Shown: positions 50,768 to 61,560 of the stretch, one piece after another
How the letters are laid out: every line of letters starts with the position of its first letter
Numbering within the stretch: the first letter of the stretch is position 1
NCBI RefSeq assembly: GCF_000143415.4
Contig: NW_003314298.1
Span: forward strand, 1,333,250 to 1,397,249
Length of the DNA stretch: 64,000 nt
DNA from: Selaginella moellendorffii
Taxonomy: Eukaryota; Plantae; Lycopodiophyta
Direction: 5' to 3'
The notes under the pieces: model-generated
What the model was told of the DNA's origin: nothing
What the model saw: only the letters and a program-made list of their open reading frames with translations
Database searches by the model: none
Position numbers and translations under genes: made by a program

Positions 50768-51701
50768 AGGACTGTCTCCCGGAGCTATCCTCGGAGAGCT
50801 TCTACGATGAGGTCCGTGAGCTGAGGGAGCGAGCCGAGAGCTTGCCCAACGACTACTTCTTCTGCCTCGTCGGGAACATGATCACCGAGGAAGCGCTGCC
50901 AACTTACTTGACGATGCTCAACACTCTCGATGGCACCCGCGACGAGATCAGTGCGAGCCCAAGTCCATGGGCACTGTAGTGGCGTGCCTGGACTGCCGAG
51001 GAGAATTGCCATGGTGATTTGCTCAACAAGTATCTCTACCTCACTGGACGAGTCGACTTGAAGCAAATCGAGAAGACGATCCAGTACTTATCGGTCCTGG
51101 AATGGTAAAGAGCCAGAGTTTCTTCTTTCTCGGGAACTCAAAAGTTCGGTTTCCATCCTTGCAGGATCTCCAGACCGAGAACAATCCATATCTCGGGTTC
51201 ATCTACACCTTCTTCCAGGAGCGAGCCACCGCCATCTCTCACGGCAACACTGCTCGCCACACGACTGTTTGCGGCCTCATCGCATTCGATGAGAAGCGGC
51301 ATGAGAATGCTTACACCAGGATCATGGAGAAGCTGTTTGAGATCGATTCGGAGGGCGCAATGCTGGGGCTGGAGGACATGATGAGGAAGAAGATCTCCAT
51401 GCCGGCTCATCTCATGTACGACGGCCAGGACAAGAACCTGTTTGAGCACTTCTCTTTGGTGGCACAGAGGATGGGGGTGTCCACTGCCAAGGGTTACGCA
51501 GGAATTCTGGAGCACTTGGTCAAGAGATGGAATGTCGAGTCCATCACTGGATTGTCTGCTCGCGCGCAAAAGGCCCAGGATTTCGTGTGTGGTCTCCCTC
51601 CTCGGATCTTGAGACTGGAGGAGCGAGCTCAGAGCAGGGAGAAGAAGGGCCCCAAGACTGGAACGTTTAGCTGGATTTTCAATAGCGAAGTCGTTCTCTA
51701 G
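50768..51701 (+). pseudogene. SAD: SAD pseudogene, terminal mosaic copy
   Basis: 5' part matches the 32829 copy (TAG, NIF fusion); 3' end CGLPPR..GPKTG resembles the 29 kb type. Confidence 0.93.
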
Positions 51702-51809
51702 GCGTAAAAGGTAAAAGGTGTACATTACGAGTTAATGTTCCAATAATTAAGGCTTTGCAAGAGTCAATTTTGAATGTTTTTTGCAAATTTGAATTTAGGG
51801 CATGTGCAA

Positions 51810-53261
51810 TCATTTGCACTGCTGAGGAGCAAAGGCTAGGTGGCTCTTCTGCAAATCAAATCCAATCCGGAAGCTCTGCTGCTGGATGTTGCCGATGATC
51901 CCGAGCTCCATGGACGTGGGAGCAAACGCCAGGCAGAAACTCCCGGCAGTGTTGATCGGGATCAAGTAATTCGTAGGAGGGAGCTGGAGATCCGCCCCAT
52001 TCTCGAAGTGGAGTACCAGCGCAGGCACATCCACGCTCGCCTTCCCGGAGAAATTGTAGCACGTATCGAAGAGCGAGTAGCGTGGAGCCGACGGGAGGTT
52101 GATCGTGGCATTCCGGAACGCGTCGCGGATGGTGGCGTAGACCGAGGTCGGGAACCGAGTGACCGAGGTCCCAGAGTCGATGATCACGCCCCCGCTGCCA
52201 CTCTGCGAGAGCTGGAGGGATTTGAGCGAGATGGGGAGCTGGGCGCCGCCGACGCTCACTCCGATCATGGCCGCGTAGTAGAAGGTGTCCAACTTTGGGT
52301 TCTTGAGCAGCGGCGAAAGCGCGGCGGTGGACGGGATCGCGGCGACACCGAATATCAGGCTGCTGGACGAGCGCGTCATTGGGTTGCTGCGATCCACGAG
52401 GCAGTAGGAGAAGGAATTCGCGGTGGAGGAGTTCGTCGAGGACGCGAATATCTGAGATGGGAAGGAGAGCTTTCCAGCGCCCAGGCCGAGGAGGCCAGCG
52501 GCGCCAGCGAAGAGCCCCTCGTTGTCAAACCCGCAGCCAAACGCGACGCTCATCGCTTTGCTGCCCGTGCCGAGCGTGAAGAGATCGCTGGAGAAATCGC
52601 CCACCGAGAAGGATCCATCGCCATACGCGACTTGGTACGAGCAGCGGCTGGTGGCACCGCGGCTGCCACTGCAGCTGTGGACCTCGAGAGCCTTGCAGAG
52701 CGGCGAGAGGCAAGGGATCCGCTGGAAGGAGCTCGAGTTCCTTGGATCGAAGATGGGGTCGGCTTGCTTGTAGCAGCTCTTGCATGGCTGGCATTGGAGC
52801 CAGGGGAGATCGCTGCCGGTGTCCACCACCATGAAGAGCGATCGAGCCGGAGTTCCAAGGCCGAGGCGAACGAAGTACTCGCCACTTCCATACAGGAGGC
52901 CGGAGGTGACGGGTCCATTGAGATCGGTCGAAGAAGCCTCGTCCTTCTTCTTCCCTGCGAGCTTGGCCTTGCTTTCGATCCATCTCACTCGCCGCTCGTC
53001 CCTCTGGAGCGTCTCGAGCAGCAGCTGCTCGTGAGTGTGGAGCTTCTCCTTTGCTTCCCGGAGGAGCGAGTTCCTGTGGATGAGTTCCAACGACAAGGTA
53101 CCACCATCCCGCGGGGAAAGCTGGAGCTTGTTCTCGACGGGGTGGCGGAGCTCTCGCAAAAGCGTGGCGACATCGAGCGTGTTCCAGTGGCGGGGAGTCA
53201 GATCTGCGGAGACGAGCAGCGCAATTGTGAGCGAGGCCAACACAAATCCAAACGCGCGCAT
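51810..53261 (-). CDS. Secreted A1-family atypical/nepenthesin-like aspartic protease (ASPG1/APF2-like)
   Basis: Signal peptide MRAFGFVLASLTIALLVSA; GSGEYF; catalytic DTGSD and DSGTS; Cys-rich insert; IIGNIQQQ. Start is ATG 53261 (alternative 53276). The ORF-track GTG start at 53447 is a probable 5'UTR splice donor (GTGAGT). Confidence 0.95.
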   Translation of the reverse strand: MRAFGFVLASLTIALLVSADLTPRHWNTLDVATLLRELRHPVENKLQLSPRDGGTLSLELIHRNSLLREAKEKLHTHEQLLLETLQRDERRVRWIESKAKLAGKKKDEASSTDLNGPVTSGLLYGSGEYFVRLGLGTPARSLFMVVDTGSDLPWLQCQPCKSCYKQADPIFDPRNSSSFQRIPCLSPLCKALEVHSCSGSRGATSRCSYQVAYGDGSFSVGDFSSDLFTLGTGSKAMSVAFGCGFDNEGLFAGAAGLLGLGAGKLSFPSQIFASSTNSSTANSFSYCLVDRSNPMTRSSSSLIFGVAAIPSTAALSPLLKNPKLDTFYYAAMIGVSVGGAQLPISLKSLQLSQSGSGGVIIDSGTSVTRFPTSVYATIRDAFRNATINLPSAPRYSLFDTCYNFSGKASVDVPALVLHFENGADLQLPPTNYLIPINTAGSFCLAFAPTSMELGIIGNIQQQSFRIGFDLQKSHLAFAPQQCK

Positions 53262-53733
53262 TGAAGAACACCACATTGACACCAGAGAACCAAAGCCACT
53301 GGATGGAAGAACGAACGAATCACGGGCCCAGGAAACTAAAGGCTGCCAATCCAATCCGGTCAAGCAATCATCAAAAGCTAGAGCTCTCACGCGACGAGAA
53401 TTCAGGACACAGAGGAGAAAAAAGAGCTTCTTAAAAGCTCCACTCACCAGGGAACAAAGAAGGAGAAGAGCTCCTCTCCTCGCCTTCTCGCTTTCGTCCT
53501 CCTCCTTGTCAATGCCAGTCGCATAGAAACAAAATTTGCCGGAACAAGAGCCGGGGCTTTCCCCGTGACTGAACAGCGCCGCTCGTGACGAGCCTATCAG
53601 ATCCTCATCCCTGCCGCTGAACGCCGCCCCCGCCTCGCCCCATTCCCGTGAGCTCCTGGGGGAAGAACCCTAGGACAGCGCTACAGAACAAAATGCCCAG
53701 AAGTACTTCCGACTTGGCAGCATTGCATTTTGC

Positions 53734-53843
53734 CACGTGCTCAAGCTTTCGTACGTCCACATGTCATCATATACTTTTGCCACGTGTACCAGACTCTAAC
53801 CTTTTTACTTACGTGTGCGTTAAAGGCTTATGGAGAGTATATA
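53734..53843 (+). promoter_or_regulatory. G-box/ABRE cluster in the divergent intergenic region
   Basis: CACGTG 53734 and 53781, TACGTG 53810, ACGT 53753, TATATA 53838. Confidence 0.45.
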
Positions 53844-53871
53844 GCCAAGCCCTTGTGATGCTTTGCAAGAT

Positions 53872-54336
53872 ATGGAGAAGAAAGCTAAGCAAACCCTTCC
53901 AGAAAAGGCGGTGGCGTTTGATTCCAATGGAAATTACTACTACTATCCAACGTGGGAGGACATCGTAAAGCGCACGCCTGGGGATTCTCTCCGGACCGTG
54001 AGAGCCAGGTTTGAGGATGGTTACTTTCGAATGGTGGTAAAACCCACGTTTACCATGAGAGATGCTCGGGCGGGCATCAGCCCAAGGATCGCTGGAGTGG
54101 TAAAACTCGCGACGGCGTTGCAGGATTTCCCCGGGGAGGATTTGCATGGATGGATCGATCCCGACGTGAATGCCGTGCTTTTCAAGGGAGTGAAGAGAGG
54201 GGTGCTAAACGAGGAGCGCGGGCGAGGGATTTGCAGGGATGTTCTTGGGCGAGAGGTTGTCAAGGATGCCAAAGGAGAAATCGTGTTAAGGAGAAATCCA
54301 CGGCGCAAAAGGAAAGAACATATAAAAGCTTATTAA
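53872..54336 (+). CDS. Hypothetical 154-aa intronless protein with basic C-terminal tail
   Basis: ATG-to-TAA open frame, GC-rich with a protein-like composition, followed by AT-rich sequence. No family recognised. Confidence 0.55.
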   Translation: MEKKAKQTLPEKAVAFDSNGNYYYYPTWEDIVKRTPGDSLRTVRARFEDGYFRMVVKPTFTMRDARAGISPRIAGVVKLATALQDFPGEDLHGWIDPDVNAVLFKGVKRGVLNEERGRGICRDVLGREVVKDAKGEIVLRRNPRRKRKEHIKAY

Positions 54337-54523
54337 AAGGAATTGCGGTTTTTAGGGTTCTTTGAAACGAATTAAAGGGGTGCTCTGGTTTTATGTTTTA
54401 GGGTTTACCAATCTAAAGAATCTTTCTCTTCCACTGCAAGGGGACCTCATAATGATAAGGTACATAACTTAGTTCTTTAGGACCGCGATCAGTTAGTTGG
54501 ATCTATTACAAGAACGATCAGAA

Positions 54524-55585
54524 TTATTTAGCCAGAAGTTCGCCGGAGCGGAAAACATTCCAACTACACGTACTTTCAGGTAGAATCCAGATTTTGTTCG
54601 TGATATGGGGCCAACTAATTAAGCTTTCCTCCGAGTCCAAAGAAAAAAATGAGAGTAATTCACAGTGCACCAGCACCAACTTGATCAAGTTGCCGTCCCG
54701 TTTGGCTTGACGGCAACTGCAAATCAAAGGACCTCCTTCATCTCTGCAAGCGAGTGCCAAACAAACAGAATAACAAATGAATTTTTATAAGATACTGTAA
54801 AAATTGACGGACCGAAAAGCAACTCGAGGAACCTTTCCTGCTCATACGAAATGGTCACGACCATTTGTCACAGGAGCTCGAAGACTTGACTTGTTGGATG
54901 GACGCCTGAGACAAACAAGAAACGAACCAGAGGCGATGAACCATTCTTGAGTTCTCCTTAAATCTCTACAGCCAAGCAATACATTCCGGTGATCGCTCTA
55001 AACGAATTTCCTGGAGACAGAGAAGAAGTACCTTCATCCTATTGCTGCAAAACCACACAGGGATAGCTCTCTTGGAGAACTTTACTTTCATCCTCGAGGA
55101 CCTTGAGTCCAGCACAGCTCACAACTTAGGATCATGGAAAAAATAGAAAGAAACTTTAGTAACAATGTAAACAAAAGTTTGGCTACCAGACACAAACGCT
55201 TTCAGCGTCAAGAAACGTCCAAAGCCTTTTAAGATCGACTCGGGCAGATCGACCCGGGAAGCTTTCTTGCGCTTCTAGAAAGGAGCTTCAGAGGATCGCC
55301 CCTGATAAAAAAACTCGTTAGTTCCAACTCTTCTTGCTTATCATTCACAATAAGGTCGGACGACTTTGGAAAGAGGCCAAAGCTATCGATGTTATGCCGG
55401 AGCGCAACGAGGCTGGACCATCCTCCAAACCCGATCAAAAGGCACAGTACTACTGCCAGATTGCATGCCAATCCAATTCCATGCCGCCTTGCTCTTGGAA
55501 GCAAATGGGATTCGTACCTCGATCGCGAGCCGTGATCTTGACAGGCTTGCCAGATCCCATCGATCCCCCACACGGCGCTCATCAC
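54524..55585 (-). pseudogene. Possible multi-exon type II membrane protein gene or pseudogene
   Basis: Frame MSAVWG...LACNLAVVLCLLIGFGGWSSLVAL contains a TM-like stretch; several short GT..AG intron-like segments follow on the minus strand, with stops. Product not identified. Confidence 0.3.
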
Positions 55586-57620
55586 TAGCGGCAAGATTGA
55601 CCTGGGGACCGAGGAGAGAGCGGCGATGAGCTGGACCCGGCTCCGCCGTGCTGGGGAAAGAGTGATCCGATTTTGGGCTCGCGCTTGATCCGCCCGGCAA
55701 GGCGCCCACCCAGAAAGAAAACGAAAGAACAAGAGCTTTATTCTTTTGATTCCACAAAGACGAGCAAAGCAGAGCAGCGTCAACCCTGCGCACAATCACA
55801 GTTGTTTCCTCTAAGACCCTCTTCCTCTGCAGCATTGACAATGTCAGTAAGAGTTTTGAGCTTCAAGTCGGTATCTTGGGGGCTTTAGCTCTTCTTTTGA
55901 AAAGAAGGCATTTGGTGCTCCAAGAGATCAATGATGGACATGGGAAGTGCATCTTCTGCCTTTGTATCGAAAATAATGGCCTCCTGGAAAATTTTGTTCT
56001 CTTTTTACCACATTAAACCCCATGTGGCAAAAGATAACAAGCATTGCAAAAATTCTAAGTGTAAAATTTTTGGCTCTTGGCTTTGCATTGTGGCTCGGTT
56101 TGCTCTAGGTCATGTTTGTTTCATGTGACTTAGGTGGCCTAGGGCATTGCAAATAAAATTTTGTTTTGTTAATTTTTCTTTGATGTCCAAAAATTTACTT
56201 TGCCTCACTTCTTAATAATTTTAATGTACCAGAATTCCAAGTGACTTAGATAATTTCGAAAGTCTACAATTATGATTATATGTATTTTCTTTACAATTTT
56301 CATACACAAGGCTCTAACTTTTAGCCTTTTAAAATTATCATTTGAATCATTTAATAAGTTTCACTTAAAATTTTTTTGGTTTGGGCTAAAATTTTATTTC
56401 TACTTTTTCACATGAACAAAAATACCTTTAAAAAAAAAGAAACATGCATTTCAAATTTAAGCTTTACTCATGCCAAACATACTAAAGTGCCAAAAATTCC
56501 AACCATTTGGCATTAAAAAATGCTATTGTTTTACCTTCTATTAAATTTTATTATTGTTTACTATTGTTTTTTTTACTATTGTTGTTGGAAAAAAAAGAGA
56601 GAGGCTTACAAAATATCATGGCTTTACACTTCAAATATATTTTTTTATTGAAGCTACTAAAAACAAACTATATAGTTTCTTTTAATAGTTTTTGAAACTC
56701 TTCAAGATATTTAAAATGAATTTTACACCATCTATAGATTGATCTTCAATGAAATTTTGATGGTATATAGTTTTATTTTTTTATACATTTAAAAAAAATT
56801 TGTTTTCCAAGGCATTTAGTTATCAAATGCAAATATTGTTTGGAAGTTAAAATGTCAAATACATTCATAAAGGAAGATTCCATAACTTTCCAAGTAAGTA
56901 AAAGTTTTTTATTTCTTATATTCAAATAAAGTATCATTTGGTAATAACATAAGCTATAATAATTAATTAAAAATAAAATCAAAATCCTATGGATAGTAAC
57001 AACTTTGTATAGTTATTCAGATAGATAAACCCTTTGCAAATATAAAGTTTTATTACAAAATGATACAAAGTTTGAGATATACACAAACCTTTATCTAGAA
57101 ATTTTAAATGCATTAATATTCTTATATAAAAATGCTTATGAGGTTGTCGATTGAAATAAAGCATTTAATGTGTAGATGAATATGAAAAACAAAAAAGATA
57201 GTGATGTATTACTTAGTTAAATAATATTTTATTTTTTTATTTTTTTATTTTTTATTTGAAAGTTGTGAGTGTGGCTAACACGTAAGAGCCCTTGACCATA
57301 TTATCCCCACTTGCCATATTTTTTTGTCTTATTTGCCACTGGAGCATTGAAGAACGAGTAAAGGGATGTCTTTTTTTATTTCCTTTGCAAAAAGAAGAAT
57401 AATCTTAATTAATACTAAAGTCCCTGAATCTAGATTGCAAATTGCACAGATACCTCAACTTTCCCCCACTACTTGGATTTTGACATCTTTTGACAAATAT
57501 GGATTAAAAGAGATGTCTATTATTCTTTCCTCTTTTTTTAAAACCCTAACAATGTTTTCCATGATAGAATGAAAGCAAAAGAGCATGGATACAACCAAAT
57601 GTATTTATAAGTTTGTTCCA

Positions 57621-57888
57621 CCAATCAGAGCACAAGACTAAGATGGCAATCTTAGCCGTTAAATTTCCCTCTCACTTCAAGCCGACGCCAATCACAGCGC
57701 AGGACGAGGATGGGCAATCTTAGCCGCTGAATTTCCCTCTCACTTCAAGCCGACGCCAATCACAGCGCAGGACGAGGATGGGCAATCTTAGCCGCTGAAT
57801 TTCCCGCTCAACTTCAAGCCGACCAATCACAGCGCAGGACCCGGATCAACTCTCAGCCAATCAGAGCACAGGACCGGGATGGGCAATT
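57621..57888 (+). repeat. ~68-bp tandem repeat (3 full copies plus partials) carrying CCAAT boxes
   Basis: CCAATCA(G/C)AGC at 57621, 57688, 57756, 57823, 57857; TTTCCCGC at 57800. Confidence 0.9.
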
Positions 57889-57936
57889 CATGCTCACGGT
57901 ACGAGTTCATTCACAGCGAGCGGATTATCTGGAAGG

Positions 57937-58590
57937 GAACTTGGATGTGGCAACTCGTGCACGATATGTACCAAGATGGCTTCACAGACATCACAGCGAC
58001 TGATCTCTCGCCTGGAGCGGAGGCTACGGAATGCTCCGACTTGTGGCATTCTTGGCATCACATGCCATTCAAGGACGCGAGCTTCGACATTTAGGATACA
58101 AAGATAGTGTTTGGCTTTTAGATCGGATCAAAACTAAAGGAAGGATGGGTTTTAAAGAGGATGTTCAGCGGGAGTCCCTGAGATCCCGAGATGACGCGAC
58201 GCTCAATGGGGTACACCGAGTTCTTGAAGCAAATGGTGTTTTCATCTCTATCGCATTTGGCAAGATCGAAAACTTGGATCTTAGAGCTGCTCTCTTCTGA
58301 CTCTTTGCCTTAAGCCTCACCTATTTCGAGGCCAGTGGCTTCGAATGGTCCATGGAGTACTCAACCTTTGGAGACTCGTTCCACTATTATTTTTATAAGC
58401 TAAGAAAGGTTGTCTCTTTCCTCCCCGATCAAACTTTAAAACGCTCTAACATCAGGGAATGGCCAGAAAGGTTTTGCCTCGAGAGTCGACGGAAATCACA
58501 AGCAATGACATGGTGCAGGAGCAAATGCATGACGAAGATTATCTCATGAGAACCATGATGATCAACGACGACAGAACCACGTCCAGGTGA
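57937..58590 (+). pseudogene. EEF1AKMT4: SAM-dependent methyltransferase pseudogene (EEF1A lysine methyltransferase 4-like)
   Basis: ELGCGNS, DMYQDGFTDITATDLS, MPFKDASFD, LNGVHRVLEANGVFISIAFG, WSMEYSTFGDSFHYYFYKLRK, EDYLMRT occur in shifting frames. Confidence 0.8.
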
Positions 58591-58617
58591 TCGATCATTC
58601 CAAATGTCCTCAAAGTT

Positions 58618-60321
58618 TCAGAGTTTCTCTTGGGCTATATCCCCATCATGTAACTGGCATGCAGCCAGGAACGCCGTCCAGGCAACATGGTCGCACGGCA
58701 AGCTCTGGGCCACATCCTTGGCGAGCTCCATCTCCCCAGACTTTGCGAGTAGCTCCAGCACGCAGCTGTAGTGTGGATTGCCTGGCAGCACTCCAAAGTC
58801 GAGGCTGGCGGAGACGAAGCAGCGCCATCCGGCATCCAAATCGCCGCAGTGTTTGAAAGCAAGAAGAGCGCTCAAGAACGATGTCTCATCGGGGACTTCT
58901 CCAGCCAAGACCATCTCGTGCCAAACCGACGTAGCAGCACGCTTACAATCCCCACAGCTCGAGCACCACGCTATCATGGTGTTCCACGATACCAAGTTTC
59001 GGATGGGCATTCTGTCGAAGACTAGAACCAAGCGGTCGAGGTGACCGGCGCGTCCAAAAGCAGCGATACTGGCAGTCCAGGCCGTGACGTTTCTTGCAGG
59101 CATTCTCGCAAAGGTGGCCTCCGCCTCCATAAGATGCCCATTGTAGATATAACCCGCTAAGAGGGCGTTCCAAGAGACCACGTCGGGAGCCTCTGTGGTA
59201 TCAAACAATACCTTTGCTTGCTCGACATGCCTGGCTCGGGCATATGCTGTCAGCATTGAGTTTACTGTGACTGTAGTCCGCTCCGGCATAGTTTCAAACA
59301 CACAGCTTGCCTGCTCAACTTTACCAGATTGGGAATATACTTGCAAGAGCAAAGTCCATGACACCACGTTAGTTTCTGGCATTTTGGTAAACAACATTTC
59401 GGTTTCTTTGCAAAGCCCATTTTCGGCAAATGCTCTAAGGAGTATGTTATATGACACTAAGTTTCTTACTGGCATTGTGCTAAACACGTTCATGCAAGAA
59501 TCCAAATCACCACTAATTAAGTAACCACTTATCATGATGTTCCAGGACACTATATTTCTTTCGGCCATGCTCTTGAACAACGCTTCTGACTTACGCATAT
59601 CGAGGCCTTCGCCATATGCGGCAAGCAAGGAGTTACAGACCATGAGATTTTGTACAGACATATCCAAGGAAATCGCTAACACCATATCCACATCACGTAC
59701 TTCAGACAGCGCTTGCATCAGTGTCGCGCAAGAAACCACGTCCCTCTCGGGCATTCTCGAAAAGATTATCTTTGTTTGTTCAAGCTGCCCACTCAAGGCA
59801 TATGCTGAAAGGAGCGCGTTCCAAGACACTAGGTCGTGCTCAGCCATTTCGTCAAAGACATGCTTGGCTTGCTCCAGCTTACCATTATTCGCAAAACCCG
59901 TGATTTTTGTGTTCCATGAAAGAATGCTAAACTCCGGCATGCACTGCGCTAACGCTTCCATTTCCGACAGGTACCCGGAATTGGCATTTGCAAGCAGTAT
60001 CACATTCCAAGCCACCACATTTGTCAGCGGCATCGCACCGAACAAGAGCATCGCCTCGTGAACGCAGCCACTGTGGGCATACGCAGCGAGGATGGCAGTC
60101 CATGAGAAAAGGTTTGGAACACGAATGGAATCGAAGACCGCCCGAGCGTCGATGATGCTTCCACATCGATCGTAAGTTCCTATGAGCAAGTTCGCCAGGA
60201 ACTTCTCGTGCCGCAGTGCCGGGTTCTGGGAAATGCAACTGTGGATGCGTCTGGCATCCACCAAGTCACAGCATTTGTGGAGAAGGCTAGCCAGCTCGGG
60301 TCGGGATGTAATTGCCACCAT
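58618..60321 (-). CDS. PLS-class pentatricopeptide repeat protein, 567 aa
   Basis: About 16 motifs of the form MPER.VVSWN.LL.AY; ends HYSCVLELLAKSG...VAWTAFLAACQLH (start of E domain); intronless and open. Confidence 0.92.
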   Translation of the reverse strand: MVAITSRPELASLLHKCCDLVDARRIHSCISQNPALRHEKFLANLLIGTYDRCGSIIDARAVFDSIRVPNLFSWTAILAAYAHSGCVHEAMLLFGAMPLTNVVAWNVILLANANSGYLSEMEALAQCMPEFSILSWNTKITGFANNGKLEQAKHVFDEMAEHDLVSWNALLSAYALSGQLEQTKIIFSRMPERDVVSCATLMQALSEVRDVDMVLAISLDMSVQNLMVCNSLLAAYGEGLDMRKSEALFKSMAERNIVSWNIMISGYLISGDLDSCMNVFSTMPVRNLVSYNILLRAFAENGLCKETEMLFTKMPETNVVSWTLLLQVYSQSGKVEQASCVFETMPERTTVTVNSMLTAYARARHVEQAKVLFDTTEAPDVVSWNALLAGYIYNGHLMEAEATFARMPARNVTAWTASIAAFGRAGHLDRLVLVFDRMPIRNLVSWNTMIAWCSSCGDCKRAATSVWHEMVLAGEVPDETSFLSALLAFKHCGDLDAGWRCFVSASLDFGVLPGNPHYSCVLELLAKSGEMELAKDVAQSLPCDHVAWTAFLAACQLHDGDIAQEKL

Positions 60322-60439
60322 CTTTTCATGTTGCTTGGCTTGTGACTGATCATATCATGTTTATTTATATGCTTTTGGCATCCAGATGTCGCTACACAGA
60401 TATGTACTTACATGGTTAAAGATGATTGAAACTTTGTCA

Positions 60440-61560
60440 ATGGACCTAACGATCGTGTTGTGCTCCTCAACTTTCATCATTCTCTTGGTTGTTTGGAGTT
60501 ACAAGGTGCGCACAAATCTTCCACCAAGTCCATGGGGATCGGCCACCGCCACTTGCTCAGAGGAATATATTAAGTGTTGTTGTTTCAAGCCAGGAGCTAG
60601 TCAAGGAGCGCTTCACTTCACAAGACTCGAGCTTCTCGTCAAGACCATACATGGTTGTATCATAGCTATGGGATCTTCTCCCTAGGACAGTAATTCGGGA
60701 GTGTCTGTAAGCTATGCTCTTCTCACCCAAGTCTGTAGACTCGTTTTCATGGATTAGAAAGGAAGAGTTCTCGCTGCTTTTGCAAACAGTGCTCATAAAG
60801 TCACACGAGGAAACTGTTCTCCACCTTCACATTCAACGCATTGACAAGGATTTTCATGATGTGGACCTGGGAATCAAGGGAAGCTTGGTCAATTTTGTCC
60901 TTTGCTATTTGAGATGGCTGGTTGGCAGATTCCCCAGCACAAAGGTGTGCATGCAAAGCTAGACAAGTTCTTGTAAAAGATTGTGAACGAGCACAAAGGC
61001 AGCACCCGGGAATGCCACCACGCTCCTGTTCTTTGGTGAGGGAACACAAGGAAACTTGCTAATCATAGAAGTGTCAAAGTTTTTTGTGGGGTTTCTTTCA
61101 GGACATGTTTGCTGCCAGAACTGATTCATCTGTTGTTCCAAGCGAGTGGCTGCTAGCAGCGGTACTGCAAAAGCCTCGGGGCTTAGCACGAGCTCAAGAG
61201 GAGCTCGACAGGGTTGTGGGAAATGCGAGAATTTTGAGAGAGTCAAGCTGCAATACCTTGAAGCAATCATCAAGGACACATTTAAACGATAGCAGCAATC
61301 CTTAGTGGCTATGAGATTCCCAAAGAAACTGCGGCTTGCTGGTTAATGTGTGGGTGGTGCAAATGGATCCGACAGTGTGGGAGAATCCCACCCTACTTCT
61401 ACCCAACCACTTTATTGGGAGCGGGCTTGAGCCAAGACTTTGGGCTCATCAGAAGGAAATGCCTCTTGGGTTTGAACACTATGGAGCTGGCAGAATCTCA
61501 TCCATGGCTTCTATTGGAAACTTGTGCTTGGGACAAAAGTTAATCTATCCATTGATCTCT
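60440..61560 (+). pseudogene. Cytochrome P450 (CYP71-clan-like) pseudogene
   Basis: N-terminal anchor plus LPPSPWG; DMFAARTDSS..EW; AQEELDRVVG; VNVW..QMDPTVWENP; eroded haem motif FGLIRRKC; stops and deletions. Confidence 0.88.

Larger units (their letters stand above)
5777..51747 (+). repeat. Higher-order tandem array / ~25 kb segmental duplication
   Basis: 5777-25208 is colinear with 30805-50170 (offset ~25.0-25.6 kb; same ORFs and TE insertions). 50170-51747 repeats 32230-33805 and 7225-8790. Contains six copies of a GC-rich promoter module and seven SAD pieces. Confidence 0.93.

Noticed and set aside
5777-51747. Helitron or Pack-MULE capture as the origin of the chimeric units
   Set aside because: No convincing hairpin-CTRR end, TIRs or TSDs found; junctions are explained by deletions in a tandem array. 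Not fully excluded.
51840-53274. 474-aa plus-strand and other overlapping ORFs
   Set aside because: Shadow frames of a GC-rich protease gene.
53262-53447. N-terminal extension of the protease
   Set aside because: The GTG is a splice-donor motif; the signal peptide starts at 53261.
57621-57888. CRISPR-like array
   Set aside because: Whole units repeat with no unique spacers; no cas genes; eukaryotic context.
51810-61560. Biosynthetic gene cluster (desaturase, P450, methyltransferase)
   Set aside because: All three are pseudogenes, and the methyltransferase is a protein-lysine type.
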